A stretch of 64,000 nt of DNA from Epithemia pelagica (GCA_946965045.2 OX337228.1:6820001-6884000); one strand, 5' to 3'; counted from the first letter of the stretch, positions 12,301 to 24,160 are shown. Numbers and translations: made by a program. Notes: generated by a model from the sequence alone, not told the origin.

Positions 12301-14497
12301 TCGAGGAGGAGGCGGAAAAGCGCGGGTCATTTTCATCCTCAAACGGCAGAGCCGATGCACTGGCAAAGGATGAGGAAGCACTATGAGCTCGGTCTCTCAG
12401 CATGGTTTCTCTCATCACTTTGTGTTGGTGTGATGGTGGTGGTGCTTGTTCTGTCACTTTGTGGTGAACTGCTGGAGCTTCATCTCCCGTTGTGGCTCCT
12501 CCCATGGACGACATGCGTTGACGTTCGAGCCGGAATCGACGGCCATTGGTGGGAGACAAGGATTGTGTACCACGACCCTGTTCGTAGGAATGGTGGTGGT
12601 GTTGCGGTTGGTCTGTCATTGTCTCGGAGACACTGTGATGGTACCGAACCGAAGGAGATCTTGCCATTGTCGCGGATATCCGTGAGGAAGACGGTGGTAC
12701 TCGAGAAGGAGTACCAATGTGGTTGTTTGGGAATGAAGTCTTGGGATTGAGAGGTACGGGGCTGGTATACTCTGCTACAAGACTTGTAGTATTCGTGTTG
12801 TTGTTGGAAACACTTTCCTTGTGCCGTTGCATGCGCCGTTGAAGCGACGAAGTGGCTGCGGTTGCGGGTGCTTCACGAGTTGCGCCTCCTCCTTGCGTTC
12901 GACTCGGCGTTCCACGCGGAACCGTAGTTGGAAGGGTGTGCGACAACGACAACGACGACGACACGGGTGGCAACTCGGGGGCCAGAGGTTCCTCGGGTTG
13001 CTGCTGCTGCTGCTGCTCCACTCCTCCATGTCGCATGGTCCGCTGCTGCGACACTCGTGAGAAGGAATGAGGATGGGAAGAAACTTTCGAGGGATCTACG
13101 TCTCTTGGCAACGTGGAACGAGTCTGGCTGCTGCTGACCCTTGGAGGAGAAGAAACCAAAGACGACGGAGGATGTGCATCAAAGGGCTCATCCATGGGCA
13201 ATAAGGTACCTTGGTGTGATGGATGTGAGTGTTGTTGTGGCGGTTGAAATTCTTGTAGTGGAACGGTGGTTCGTCGAGGTCCTGGTGGTGGTTGTTGCGG
13301 TTGAGGTTTCAAGACTGGTTGTGTCGAGTTGAGTCCCACCCGGGGCGAAAAGGAGGGCAATTCGTCGGGATGATGATGATACGGTTCCGTTGGTTGCTGT
13401 TGCAGCAAATGTTGACGCAAGGCATCACTGGTCAATCTTGGTGGTGCATGTTCGGTTGCCATGATTGGAGCGGCCGCAGTACCAAAGAGTTCTCGTCGCA
13501 CCGGATTCGAAGAATGGTTGGTTTGGATTCGGGGAGGAGAGGCGGCCGCATCAAATGGTTGTTCCTCCACGAACATGGGATCCTGATGCTTCTTGGAAAA
13601 CATAGCCAAAGACGGCTCGACGACGGCTGATGGATGATGACCCAAGGGCGATGCATCAAAGGGCTGTTCTTCCGAGGGTTGCATCATGACTTCTGGATCG
13701 TCATATTGGTAATGATGATGATCTTCTTCGTCATCCACGACATGAATCACAACGTCCGGATTGGTAGGCATACTGCTACTTGCCATCCGACTACTAGTTT
13801 GGTAAGCATTCAGTGTCACTCCAGAATCGGGTTGTTGTTGCCGTTGCTGTTGAAGATCAAAGGGTTGTTCTTCCTCTTCGGATTTAACGCGTTGTGATGC
13901 TGGTTGTGGTTTGGCTGGTCCGATGCGAGGAGGTTGTGGTTCATCGTCATCGTCATCATCTTCCAGCGATTGTTGTTGTGGTTGATTAGAATTTATTGGT
14001 TTGGGTGTGGATTCCAAACCATGATGAGAATTATCCGACAGTACATGTTGTCGTCGTCTCATTTTCCGTTGCATGCGTTCATCTCGAATCGAATTAAAGG
14101 CCGACACTTTGGATCCGCCCATGATACCACTGCTGTTGGATGGATTGCCTTCGTCAAAGGGCTTTCCACCCTCCATAGAGGATTGTGGTTGTGGTTGAAC
14201 CAATACTTGGTCGTGAAACGACAAATTGGTGGCTGTGGAATGATTGAGTTCGGGCAAGGACAAGGGTGGCTGTTGCAAGTGATTGTGCTTGTTGTCTTCT
14301 TCTTCTTCGTCTTCTTCGTCGTTCCCCAACTCTCGGATATCCCAGGCATTGGGTGAATTGGGAGGGGAGGACAAGGGAGAATCAATGTGACCCGGAGAGG
14401 CTGGGTCATCGGGAACAAACTCTTCGGGAATGTGGACAATGGCGGGTGGATGCAGACTTTCATCATAACTAAAATCGCTCGTGGTGGCCGCCGCCAT
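9356..14497 (-). CDS. Large protein with disordered N-terminus and C-terminal TPR repeats, 3 exons
   Basis: ATG at 14497 (MAAATTSDF). TPR-like helices ASCLHNIGIIYLL, AEIYNNLGCLYY and IKSNIGYLAL. GTAAG...CAG introns at 10216-10140 and 9656-9578 join the three ORF pieces. Confidence 0.8.
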
Positions 14498-15534
14498 GGT
14501 TTCTCGTCGTCGTTGTGTTGGATTTCGTACAAGTGGTGTGGTGGTGTGAATTGGATCGTTTTCCAGAGGACCCGAAACTATCAAACCAGGACAACTGTTC
14601 CTCCAATCAACACGAGACGATTTCCATGCGCTTTACCACAAGAGGTCTCTCGTTGGATTGAAGCGTCGCCACCAAACTACTTCATGTAATCTCAACGTGG
14701 CTACGTAAACCTTGATGGTGGTGTAATGGCGACACCATAATCCAAACCTCTAATCGACAATAGAGAGAAATCAGCCAAGATCCACCGGCCGCGCAGGAAT
14801 CGAAAGAAATGCCGGCGCGCCAAGACACTACTCATGTGTATTTTGCTTCGGTGAGTAAAGAGAGATGTATTGGACGAAACTGGTCGCAGACGCTGGAAAT
14901 TTTGGCAAGTCGTGTGCGTCCAAAAGTTTGTGTCGCTCGGTGGCCAATTTCCATGCCAACCCACACGACACATACATTTCACCATCTTCGCTTCAAGTCT
15001 TTGATGGAGAATAATTTTATTGTATTTGCGCTTGGCCAGACCCAGAAACACCGGGCGACCATTCCAAAAATGCGGCGCACGATCCAGCAATGAGAGCTGG
15101 GAATCTATAGAGAAACACAAGGTAACACATGGGATCGTCGTGTCCACGTATCATCCGATCCAAGAGGGAAATGATCGCGAGCAATGAAAGTTCGGCGGTC
15201 ATGAAAGCGGTGGATGGATCCTATCGTCTCGTCTGCGGGCCACAGCGGGAGAAAAGACCACGCAATCACCACTGCCCCACCGTATCGTTCCACTGTCCAT
15301 GTCCTCTTCCTGTTTGCCTGCTCTGTCAACTTCTTGAATTCTTACATCTTGTGCATCAAATCTCTACAGAACGTTACGAGTAGGAGTACCTTAGAAGATA
15401 TACTTCTTCTCCTGTGTAGAGGAGTCTATGGTGGATCCTTGGCACTCCTGCGACAAAGTCCTTCGCGTTCCTACTTGCTACCGACTACTAACCTTTCCTA
15501 CTAGGAGTACTCCTAGGTAGGGAGTTCTCTGTTT

Positions 15535-16789
15535 TTAGAGAGACAAAAGTGCCATGCCTCCCACCATGGCCAAGGTGGCTCCAATAAACGTGTTGATAAA
15601 ATTGACCACTTCATTCGTCATCCATTGCAATCCCTCTTTTTCTTGCAAGGTGGCACCAATCAAACTTTCCACATTGGTCGCTACAAAGGCGGCCATGGTC
15701 GAAAGAGCTACCGCCTTCCAACTGCTCCCAATCAAACCCAATCCATATGCCACCAAACTGAGGAGCAATCCACCCACCACGGATGCCGCCGTCCCTTCCA
15801 CCGATACGGCTCCTTCTGTACCGGGTGGAACACGTTCCAAGGTGGTTATCAAAAAGGTGGTCTTCCCATAGGCCTTGCCAATTTCCGAAGCAAAGGTATC
15901 GGCCAATTTGGTTGCAATCGATGCCACATACCCCAAGACAAAGAGTTCCGATCGAATCCCCCACAAGACGGGGCCCTGTACCGAACAAATGGCACAGAGC
16001 AAGCCCGTCGCGGCACTGCCCCTGTACAAAAGAATTGGTTGGTGCCAACGGCAAACATGAGACTATGGCAACCCCAAAGTCTGTCCAGTAACGACCGTAG
16101 TAGGCGTCGTGTCACTCTGTCGTCTAGTCGTTACAACAAAGCACACAACCAACAACAAGTTGCTCTACGTACCAGACATTTTCAGGACCCCGTCGTCCAC
16201 CCCGACCTTCGGCCAGTCCAGCCTTTTGTTTTTCCGCAAATCGAACCTTGGTGACGGCTTGCCCCAAAAACAGATAGGCCACACAATACAACCATCCCGA
16301 AACACCCAAGGTGGCCCACAAGGAACTGCCCAAGGCCAAGGCATGAACAAAACCCGTCGGTGTTAACATGGTCGACAGTTTGCGGGACAGGACGGCAAAC
16401 AAAACGGCATTCACCCCAAAGGCTTGGACCAACGGTACACTGCCCGAGGTTCGGAATAAGGACGACGCCAAAGACGTGATTGGTTCTCCCACGAGGGATG
16501 CCATGGAAAGTCCGAGCGACACATTTCTTGTTCGGACTCGACTGGACGACAAGGACGGATCGACCCGTCCCCCAAAAGGATGCTGGTGTTGTGGTGCATG
16601 GTCGTTCGGAACAACCCCGGATGATGGAGCAATCCCCTGCTGGGGAGTGTGGCCCGCAAATCGTCTTTGTCGAAGGAGAACTGGCGTTTCACCATGCCAG
16701 GAGGAACATTGGAAGCTTGTCGTCACTTGCGGGAAAAGAGCAAGAATGGCAGTGACATGGAAGAACAGGCCGCAACTACAAGTCTTCAT
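15535..16789 (-). CDS. DUF92/TMEM19-family membrane protein, similar to VTE6 phytyl-phosphate kinase; probably plastid-targeted; 2 exons
   Basis: Motifs GRGGRRGPENVW|GSAATG and DTFASEIGKAYG...VPPGTEGAVSVEGT, with several TM helices. Intron 16172-16022. Signal peptide followed by TTS-FQ. Confidence 0.8.
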
Positions 16790-17102
16790 GATGCCCCATG
16801 AATAGCGAATAGCACAACAGTGAAGATTGGACATCAATCGAGAGAAGTGACGACAGAGTTGTAGTCGCTCATGGATCGCGCGAATCTTCGAGTTTCTCTA
16901 CCAGAAGTACCAAGCGCATCTCTTCAGGTTTCAGGTAGCCTCCTCTCTAGACCAACAGAAGAGATGTAGAATCGAACTGAACACTAACCCAGTATCAAGA
17001 CATATATCAGATGCTTCACAGATATGTTTAGAGATACGCGTTAGCTCTAAGCGGCCGAAGAAGCTCCTTGGTAAGGTAGTAATTCTACATCCGCTCCGCG
17101 GA

Positions 17103-17254
17103 GTGGGGAGGCACGAGGAGGGGCTATTGACTCCGAGAAGGGCAATAGCTCCGAGAAGTGGACCGCCTTCTAAATCCGCGTCAGCGGATTTGGCGGTCCA
17201 CGACGAGGAGCTATTGCCCGCCGAGGAGTCAAAAGCCCCGACAACTGCCCCCAC
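17103..17254 (+). ncRNA. Candidate structured RNA: 152-nt rod of five stacked helices
   Basis: Complementary arms seen directly: 17120-17134 with 17225-17239, 17140-17152 with 17207-17219, 17158-17167 with 17192-17201, 17172-17179 with 17184-17191. Expression and strand are not shown; + is inferred from the GA-rich loops. Confidence 0.5.
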
Positions 17255-17567
17255 GACCAGGAGGGGATGTCGCTTGCTTCTATAACCTCCGAGTCCCCCC
17301 CTAATTAACTGTCACACTTTTTTCCCAGGACTGTTTTTTTTGCTCCGCACTATCTTTTTTAGCTCCGCGCGGCCGTAGTGGGCAATATAAGGCTATATTA
17401 GACGAAAATCCTACTTCCATTCCGAGGAGCTATAGTAGCTCGAGACTTGGAGGTGGCCCGTCCTTGGTTGTCCAAAACTCTTTTGTCAAATCTCCGCAGG
17501 TGGTGGTGGAAGGGACTACCTAGAGGTAGGCAGTGCTGCACAGATTGTTCTGGAACGCCACATGCCT

Positions 17568-18971
17568 CTACTTTGACTGCAAAGAAAAGATTTGGCCCTT
17601 ATTGTCGTTGAGAAATCTCGCCACGTCTCGTTTGGTTTCTTCGTAGGTGGCAAATTGAATGGCTCCACTAATCAGGGCCTTTCCCACTCGTGGAGCTGCA
17701 CCCGCAAACAGTCCAGGCAGTCCCTCCGATTCTGCCAAGTATGTGAGCGTGTCCCAATAGGAGCGTTGGCGATAACCACGACCGTCTTGCGACTCTCCTG
17801 GTTCATCATTATCGCTTTCATCTTCTCCTGGACCTGGTGAAACGACTGTTGAGAATTGTCGCGTTCCTAGTGCCGTGGTATTGTTGGACATTGCACTAGC
17901 CATGAGACGATTCCGTACCACATCCAATGGTGTTGTGACCAATTGTGCCACGGCCGTAGCACCAGCACCCACCACAGCCCCCTGTAATGGTGACAAGGCC
18001 TGCTTGCCTCCAAGTTTGCGAGTCCAGGAATCGTAGACAAAAAATTTAATGACATCGGCAGGGTAGGCGTACAAAATGTTTTCCCAATAACCCAGATAAA
18101 AGGCATCCACCAAACTGGACAGGGTCGAACATGACGAATCGGACCCCTGCGTTGCCTTGACTCCTCCATCTCGCGACGCCGTCGTGGCATCCAGCCATAC
18201 TTGGCGGTATCCTTGTATCATGGATACACCCTCTGTGTATCCCTCCAGTTTGGCCTGTTGTCGAGTCTTGACAATTTCACTGGGATTGCGTACAAGCCAG
18301 TAGGGAATTTGGGCCACAGCCACAGCCGTACAGGTTTGGATCCACGGTGGCCAATGGGTCGTCACGCGATTGGTTTTCAAACTGGCCTTGCAGGCATCTC
18401 GAACCGCAAAAAAGACGGCCCCTCCGGGAATATTGGCCACCAAGGGCGTGGCCACACCATTTAAACTTCCTCGAAACAATTCACTCCATGATGTGGTGTA
18501 GTAGGGACTTTCGGTTGCTGCCGCCGCCGCCAATTGCAGTCGCACTGTAGCCGTATCGAGAGGATACTTGACGACCGTCTTGGTAGCTGACATGGTAGCA
18601 CCCGCTACAAAGCCTGTCAAACTCTCTTGGGCCGACGACAAGGACGTATCGGATTGCCGTGAGGATGAGACAGAGTGTTGGCTGACACTGTTGGATCGTT
18701 GCGGTACCACTGCGGATGCAACAGCGGCAACCGAGAGCTGAAAGGCCCTTCTCCGAGAGAGGATCCCTTCCCCTTGAGTCAGCAAGTGGTGACCAGAAGT
18801 GCCTGTTGTGTTCGCCACGGATGCATCTTCAATATTTGAGGAGGTTGTACCCGAGAGTACCACTGGACTGGACAAACGATGGAACAAACTAACGTGTTTG
18901 GCGATTTCAAAGGGTTCCACGAACAACCATGGAAGCAGGAGACCATACAGGGAAATGGCAGGCCTTGTCAT
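17568..18971 (-). CDS. Mitochondrial carrier family (SLC25) protein, SAM-carrier-like, with N-terminal presequence
   Basis: Three carrier signatures (YPLDTATVRLQ, NPSEIVKTRQQ, TPLDVVRNRLM) and C-terminal GLFAGAAPRV...AIQFATYE. Hydrophobic N-terminus followed by a Ser-rich segment. Confidence 0.88.
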   Translation of the reverse strand: MTRPAISLYGLLLPWLFVEPFEIAKHVSLFHRLSSPVVLSGTTSSNIEDASVANTTGTSGHHLLTQGEGILSRRRAFQLSVAAVASAVVPQRSNSVSQHSVSSSRQSDTSLSSAQESLTGFVAGATMSATKTVVKYPLDTATVRLQLAAAAATESPYYTTSWSELFRGSLNGVATPLVANIPGGAVFFAVRDACKASLKTNRVTTHWPPWIQTCTAVAVAQIPYWLVRNPSEIVKTRQQAKLEGYTEGVSMIQGYRQVWLDATTASRDGGVKATQGSDSSCSTLSSLVDAFYLGYWENILYAYPADVIKFFVYDSWTRKLGGKQALSPLQGAVVGAGATAVAQLVTTPLDVVRNRLMASAMSNNTTALGTRQFSTVVSPGPGEDESDNDEPGESQDGRGYRQRSYWDTLTYLAESEGLPGLFAGAAPRVGKALISGAIQFATYEETKRDVARFLNDNKGQIFSLQSK

Positions 18972-19166
18972 GGTCGTTGGTTTGGATTCTTGATGGATGA
19001 AGCAGAATCTTTTGGGCGCGATCCCCATCGAGAGGCGCGACTGATATGCGAGTAAGAAAGATCAAAATTTTCCATTCCTAGAAAAGATGCGCTAGAGTTA
19101 GCTACTTCTCAAAAAGGATCGTCCTTGGATCCAACTCCCATTGAATGCGGTTGTTGTTGTTGTTGG

Positions 19167-20331
19167 TCATGCCTCCTCATCCAGTTCCCAGAGAACTTCC
19201 TTGTAATTCATCCGATATTGTTGGCTGACTGGAATCTTGGCCTTTTCGGCCAACCGCGTCTCGTGAAGCCTGTGTCAACCAAACAAGGAATGGTAAACAA
19301 GAAAGCAAACAAGTGTGTTGTTAGAAGTGGGCCAATCCAAAACGTCTCTAGGTTCGAACATGTCACAACGTACAATGCATGAAAGAGTTCCGTAGGTACC
19401 ATTTTATCTTCGTGTTCCATGGCAAAGATACGTTCATTGGCCATGGCACTGGTTGCCATGATGACTTCTCCCATGGCCGAATAGGTTCCCGCAATGTGGA
19501 TCATGAGGACCAGGCCCACCACCATTAATGTCAGCGCAACCGAATAGGGCATGACAATAAACCAAAACAAAGCGACCCAGGCAAAAAACATGTAAAAGGA
19601 CAAGAGGACGAGTCGATTCGGCAATTGCGCGGCATACAAACCGAGTGAGGATCGTAAAATGGTACCGGCCGTTTCCTTGCTGAGCACAATAAAGATGGAC
19701 CAGGCCGTGACATTGGCAATCAAGGCTGTCAAGGAAAAGACGACGGAAACATGCAAGGCAATGCCAGCAAAAAAGTGCAAATTCAAGTGATCGTGTATCA
19801 AGGCCATGCGGACTTCGGCCACTACTTCAGCCGGACTGAAAAAGACGCCTGTATGTCATTGGAGAAAAAGCCGTGGACAAGAGAAATATAATGAGTCAAG
19901 TCTATCGTTTAGAGCCAGGAAACAATATGGACAATAACGTACGTACCCAAGGTGGTGCTGACAAAGAGTGAGAGAAAGACTGTGCTTGCTTGAAATCTTG
20001 AGGTGACGGTTTGCAGCAATTTTTCTCCATCGCGCTTGGCCCAGACCAAATGCCGACGATACCGAGCACTCAAATCGACTGGAATAAAGTGCCCTGCTGG
20101 CCATCGAGGCAAACAAAAGAATCGTTGAATGCCTTGCAGTTTGGTCAAGCGATTGTATCGTTTCAACGAAGGATGGCTACTCGCTGTCCTCTCGTCGCCA
20201 TCCGAACTCCCCTCCTGAAGCAAGGACGACGATTGTGGTCGAGCCAAGGGAATTTCGACAAATCCTTTCATGGGCATACTGGAAATGGATGGTTTTCTCC
20301 AACTGTCGTCTTCCAAGGGTCGTCGGCCCAT
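19167..20331 (-). CDS. Multi-pass membrane protein of unknown function, 3 exons
   Basis: ATG at 20331 (MGRRPLED). Two GTACGT...CAG introns (about 19944-19850 and 19372-19271) give a continuous frame with about 4 hydrophobic helices, ending at TGA 19167. Confidence 0.65.
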
Positions 20332-20758
20332 AATTGTCCCTTTCTGTGTTGTCGGAGTGAAATTCTCGTTTGTGGCCCAACAACCAACAACCACTGCAAA
20401 AATGAAATTATGATGCATACAAGGCGAACATCTGTCCGTGTCTTCCATTGGGGGGAAGCAGATTGCCACGACCAAATGCGAAGTGCCAGCAATTGCTACG
20501 TCAGTGAATTGGCACGTTTGATTGGTGTGGCCGATCGGTCCGTCCTTCCCCCGTGTCTGGATCCCCGTCCGTACTTCCCCCACTTCCGAATGACAGTCTG
20601 TCCATCGTCCCACTCTTTTCACTGACCACTTCGGGTCGAAAAGAGACAAGAAGATCCAAAATCCAATCTTTCCAGCTTTTTTGTGGTATGCAAAGACAAT
20701 CCGATCAGAGCAAGAGAGCAACAGAACTCCTTTGACCTTTCCACAAAGCAGACGAACC

Positions 20759-23700
20759 ATGAGAGTTTGCCTGTCTCAATGGCATATTCGGAATCGACAT
20801 GTACCACAACCAAGACGACGACGACCACAAGTCTTGCAACTGGACACTGTCGGGTGGCGTGCCTGTTCTTCGACACGTTTAACCCGACGTCGGCATCCCA
20901 CACACTATGCCAGTCTTGGTCTTTGTTCGTCGTCCAGTGAACCAAGGAGCATCATGGACCAGCAAGGCGACAAGAGATGGTTTGGTTCACCCGTTTCATT
21001 GATTCTTCCATTCGAATTTGGGATCCGGAATTTTCATGGCAGTGCTATTACACCGAACCAACCAAAGATGCCATCGATTTGGGTTCCAGCGGCCTATCGA
21101 GGATCTCCTCGTTCCTCCTCCAAGTCGTCGTCTCCCAAATCTCACTCGCACAACCACAAAAGTCATCATCATCCTCATGGTCGATCCTCTTCTCGTCCTT
21201 CTCGTTCGCACCAGCAGCACGGTCGAGGAGGAGGAGGATCCCATGGACGACATCGACCACGTGTGACACGGTCGCAGCACCACCACAAACCACAGTCGCA
21301 CCACCAGCAACACGTGAAACAATCCAAGGCGGCCGCCGAGGCTGAACGACGTCAAAAACGAAATCAACAGTTAAAAGACCATTGTATTCAAGTGGAACAA
21401 TTGGCGCAAACGTACCAACGACAGTTACTGGGTGATGATAGCCATGATCGGGTACTGCAGCATTCTTTTGCAGAGACGGAGCAAGAAACTACCGACACGA
21501 ATACCACCAAAACGTTTGTTTCCAGTCAATCATCATCCAACGAACCCAATGATCCGTCCTTTGCCGAGTTGGAACTTCGTCTCACCCTTTTGATGGAATC
21601 ATTGCATCGTGAGATGGAGCCGAAACCAGTCGACATGAATGAGGAAACTGCCACCAATGCCTCCAGTCCACAAGCACAAGAAGAGCATTTCGAAACGTCT
21701 GTATCCGCGAATGAACCCACGGCAGGAGGTACCAAAGAAACTGCCGAATCCCTCCAAGACGGTGCGATCGAAACGGAAGAAGTGACAGAACATCAACATG
21801 CCGGACCAGAGGAAGAAGCACCCCTGGTGAACATTCCCAATATACGTGAAATTCGTCAATCGGAACAAAAGTTTCGAGGGGTAACTCGGTCGTTGGCCAG
21901 CATTGCGGCAACTGCCGCAAGAGATTGCACGACCCTTTCCTCCTCCATCCAGGAAGAATCCACTGCCAACCCGACGACTGCCGCCGAATCGCAGCAGCAA
22001 GCCAACAACAACAAGACGACTGTCAGTCCCCAACTGCAACTCTTGGATTTGGCACTGGCGGCGCTTCGAGGGTTGCATCGCATCCATCAAGATCGCAGGG
22101 CAGTCATGGAAAACACTCTGGTGGCACAATCCCTGGAGCAACTTCATGCGGAACAAGACAAGGATCAGGGCAAACCAAACAGCTTTTGGCAAACAACCGT
22201 CAAGGGCATTGTCAACTTTTTGACCGGTCGTGGACAAAAAGAAGAAGAAGAAGCAGACTCTGAATCGAAACCAGACGACAATCCGAAAAACTCCCAATCG
22301 GATGCGGAGATTCATGAGTATACTAAAGTGGAACAATCCACCACTCTCAACGTGTTGCGACCCATGCTCTTTTCGTTTGCCCGTTTGCTCCAAGCTCAAC
22401 AACCACATCGTCGTAATCCAGTCCGGCAGGAATTGGATTCACCTTGCCCAGAATATTGTCGAGAGGTTTCGGAACGCTTTATCGAGCTCTTGGACATTGT
22501 ATCCAAACAAGATCCCACCTTTTCCATTTTGGATGCCTCGCAAACCGAAAAAGTCCTCCAATTCCTCTGTCTGGGTGGTACCTTGAACAGTGCTGAATGG
22601 TGCCAGCACTTGTACATGGCCCGAAAGGATGACAAGCCCCCAGGTAGGGGCAAGCGCGATGAAGTGGTGGACGAAGACGGAGAAAAAATAGTGTGGCGGG
22701 CCTATGTACAAGTGGCCAAGAATAAAGATTGTCCCATGACGGAACGACAAGAAGCCGTTCGCAAACTGAAACGTTTGTTTATGGATCGATGGAACAAGAA
22801 TTATCCCTTTTCCAAGGTTCAGCGACTGGAACAAACATTGGCCGTGATTGCGGCTGTTTGTGAGATTTCGGATCAAGGACTTGAGGAAGAATTCCAACAA
22901 TTTGTCGTAACTGTGGTTCGTCGTTTTTGGGGAAAAGACTTTTACGAAGGATTCCGAAAAACTCTCGAGGAGGCAAAGGATCTCAAGAAGTACCTCAACG
23001 GACGAGATCCTGCGTTGATTGATTCACTCGCAGGGGCCTACGCCTGTCATGACTTGACAACGTCTCAAAAACTGATGGAGGTGTTGCTAGACGTGAAATC
23101 GTTGCGTATATCTGCAGAAACAACCGACCGATATATTGAACAACTGCTCCGCCATTACTATGACACACCCAAATCCGATCGAAACTCGGTCAGTGACGTG
23201 GAATTTGTCATGGCCTTGCTGGATTCGTCCATGTCCAAGTCGGAGTCATTAACCAGCACCTCGCAACATACCTTCTCCATGATTTCGACGCTGCTCACCC
23301 TCATTTCTCCTCCGCAAGTGGGACAACACTTTACGACATGGCTGGCGCATTTGGAGCTGCGAACCCTGATTGGGGGCGGTGATGTACAAGTAAAAGGAGC
23401 CGACTACAAACGTGTCCTATGGGCTTATTGGCAAGAAGCCAAGCAAAAAGGAGAAACACCCCCAGAGGAACTATATTGGTCCAAGAAAGCATGGGATCTC
23501 TTGGTAAAAATGGACAGTCTTACTACTCCCCTGTTAATGAATGCCACCGAAGTTCGAAGGTCGAAAGGTGGTCGTTTGAAAATGCTGTACGACATCGACG
23601 ATCAACCGTCACAGCGCGCCTATGAGATTGTTTTGAACATTATCTGCGAAGAAGTTGGTTCCAATGTCGAACCGGCAACACTGCTGTTTTTGAAAGTCCT

Positions 23701-23803
23701 AGCCCTGGCCGAACGGAACAAGGTCGATCTGAGTCATTGGAAACTGAATCGCATGCCGGATTGGGTCATGTCGTCGGGGAAACAAGCGACCGAAACCAGT
23801 TGA
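20759..23803 (+). CDS. Helical-repeat (PPR-like) protein with Arg/Ser-rich presequence; parent of four pseudogene fragments further right
   Basis: Intact 3-kb ORF with C-terminal repeats such as ADYKRVLWAYW and SQRAYEIVLNIIC. The family assignment is tentative. Confidence 0.6.
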   Translation: MRVCLSQWHIRNRHVPQPRRRRPQVLQLDTVGWRACSSTRLTRRRHPTHYASLGLCSSSSEPRSIMDQQGDKRWFGSPVSLILPFEFGIRNFHGSAITPNQPKMPSIWVPAAYRGSPRSSSKSSSPKSHSHNHKSHHHPHGRSSSRPSRSHQQHGRGGGGSHGRHRPRVTRSQHHHKPQSHHQQHVKQSKAAAEAERRQKRNQQLKDHCIQVEQLAQTYQRQLLGDDSHDRVLQHSFAETEQETTDTNTTKTFVSSQSSSNEPNDPSFAELELRLTLLMESLHREMEPKPVDMNEETATNASSPQAQEEHFETSVSANEPTAGGTKETAESLQDGAIETEEVTEHQHAGPEEEAPLVNIPNIREIRQSEQKFRGVTRSLASIAATAARDCTTLSSSIQEESTANPTTAAESQQQANNNKTTVSPQLQLLDLALAALRGLHRIHQDRRAVMENTLVAQSLEQLHAEQDKDQGKPNSFWQTTVKGIVNFLTGRGQKEEEEADSESKPDDNPKNSQSDAEIHEYTKVEQSTTLNVLRPMLFSFARLLQAQQPHRRNPVRQELDSPCPEYCREVSERFIELLDIVSKQDPTFSILDASQTEKVLQFLCLGGTLNSAEWCQHLYMARKDDKPPGRGKRDEVVDEDGEKIVWRAYVQVAKNKDCPMTERQEAVRKLKRLFMDRWNKNYPFSKVQRLEQTLAVIAAVCEISDQGLEEEFQQFVVTVVRRFWGKDFYEGFRKTLEEAKDLKKYLNGRDPALIDSLAGAYACHDLTTSQKLMEVLLDVKSLRISAETTDRYIEQLLRHYYDTPKSDRNSVSDVEFVMALLDSSMSKSESLTSTSQHTFSMISTLLTLISPPQVGQHFTTWLAHLELRTLIGGGDVQVKGADYKRVLWAYWQEAKQKGETPPEELYWSKKAWDLLVKMDSLTTPLLMNATEVRRSKGGRLKMLYDIDDQPSQRAYEIVLNIICEEVGSNVEPATLLFLKVLALAERNKVDLSHWKLNRMPDWVMSSGKQATETS

Positions 23804-23864
23804 TAGACCCCGATCCGACAGACTGGATCCGGTGGAAGAAAAAGAAGAAGTTATGTAGATTCAG

Positions 23865-24160
23865 CGCCGGCGTCCCTGTCGTGACCTAGGATGCCAATCC
23901 CAATCACGGCTTGTGGGGATGGCTCAGTTTTGCTCGCATGGATCGGTTGCCTCTCGAACTGGTCTTGGTCCTCTTGTGCAATGTGGGCGGCGTCATGAGT
24001 TATGCCCATTGTTTGCAGTATTTGGATCCGTTGGTCATTGCCGTGGCCGCGCTCATGGAACCCGTGGTGGCCGAAGTCTTGGCCAGTCTCGCCCATGTGA
24101 GTCCCTGGCCTGGACTCACGGGATGGACCGGCAATCTCCTTGTCACCACACACTGGTCTG
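23865..24160 (+). pseudogene. C-terminal fragment of an EamA/DMT-type transporter
   Basis: LLCNVGGVMSYAHCLQYLDPLVIAVAALMEPVVAEVLA...PWPGLTGWTGNLLV resembles the last helices of DMT transporters. An in-frame TAG lies at about 23887 and there is no 5' half. Confidence 0.55.

Noticed and set aside
14700-15380. Possible gene in the protein-like stretch upstream of the TPR gene
   Set aside because: Several frames are broken by stops and no consistent splice model or domain could be built.
16931-17285. ORFs 16931-17254(-) and 17103-17285(+)
   Set aside because: They are short, start at non-ATG or weak codons, have no domain, and are explained by the GC-rich inverted repeat.
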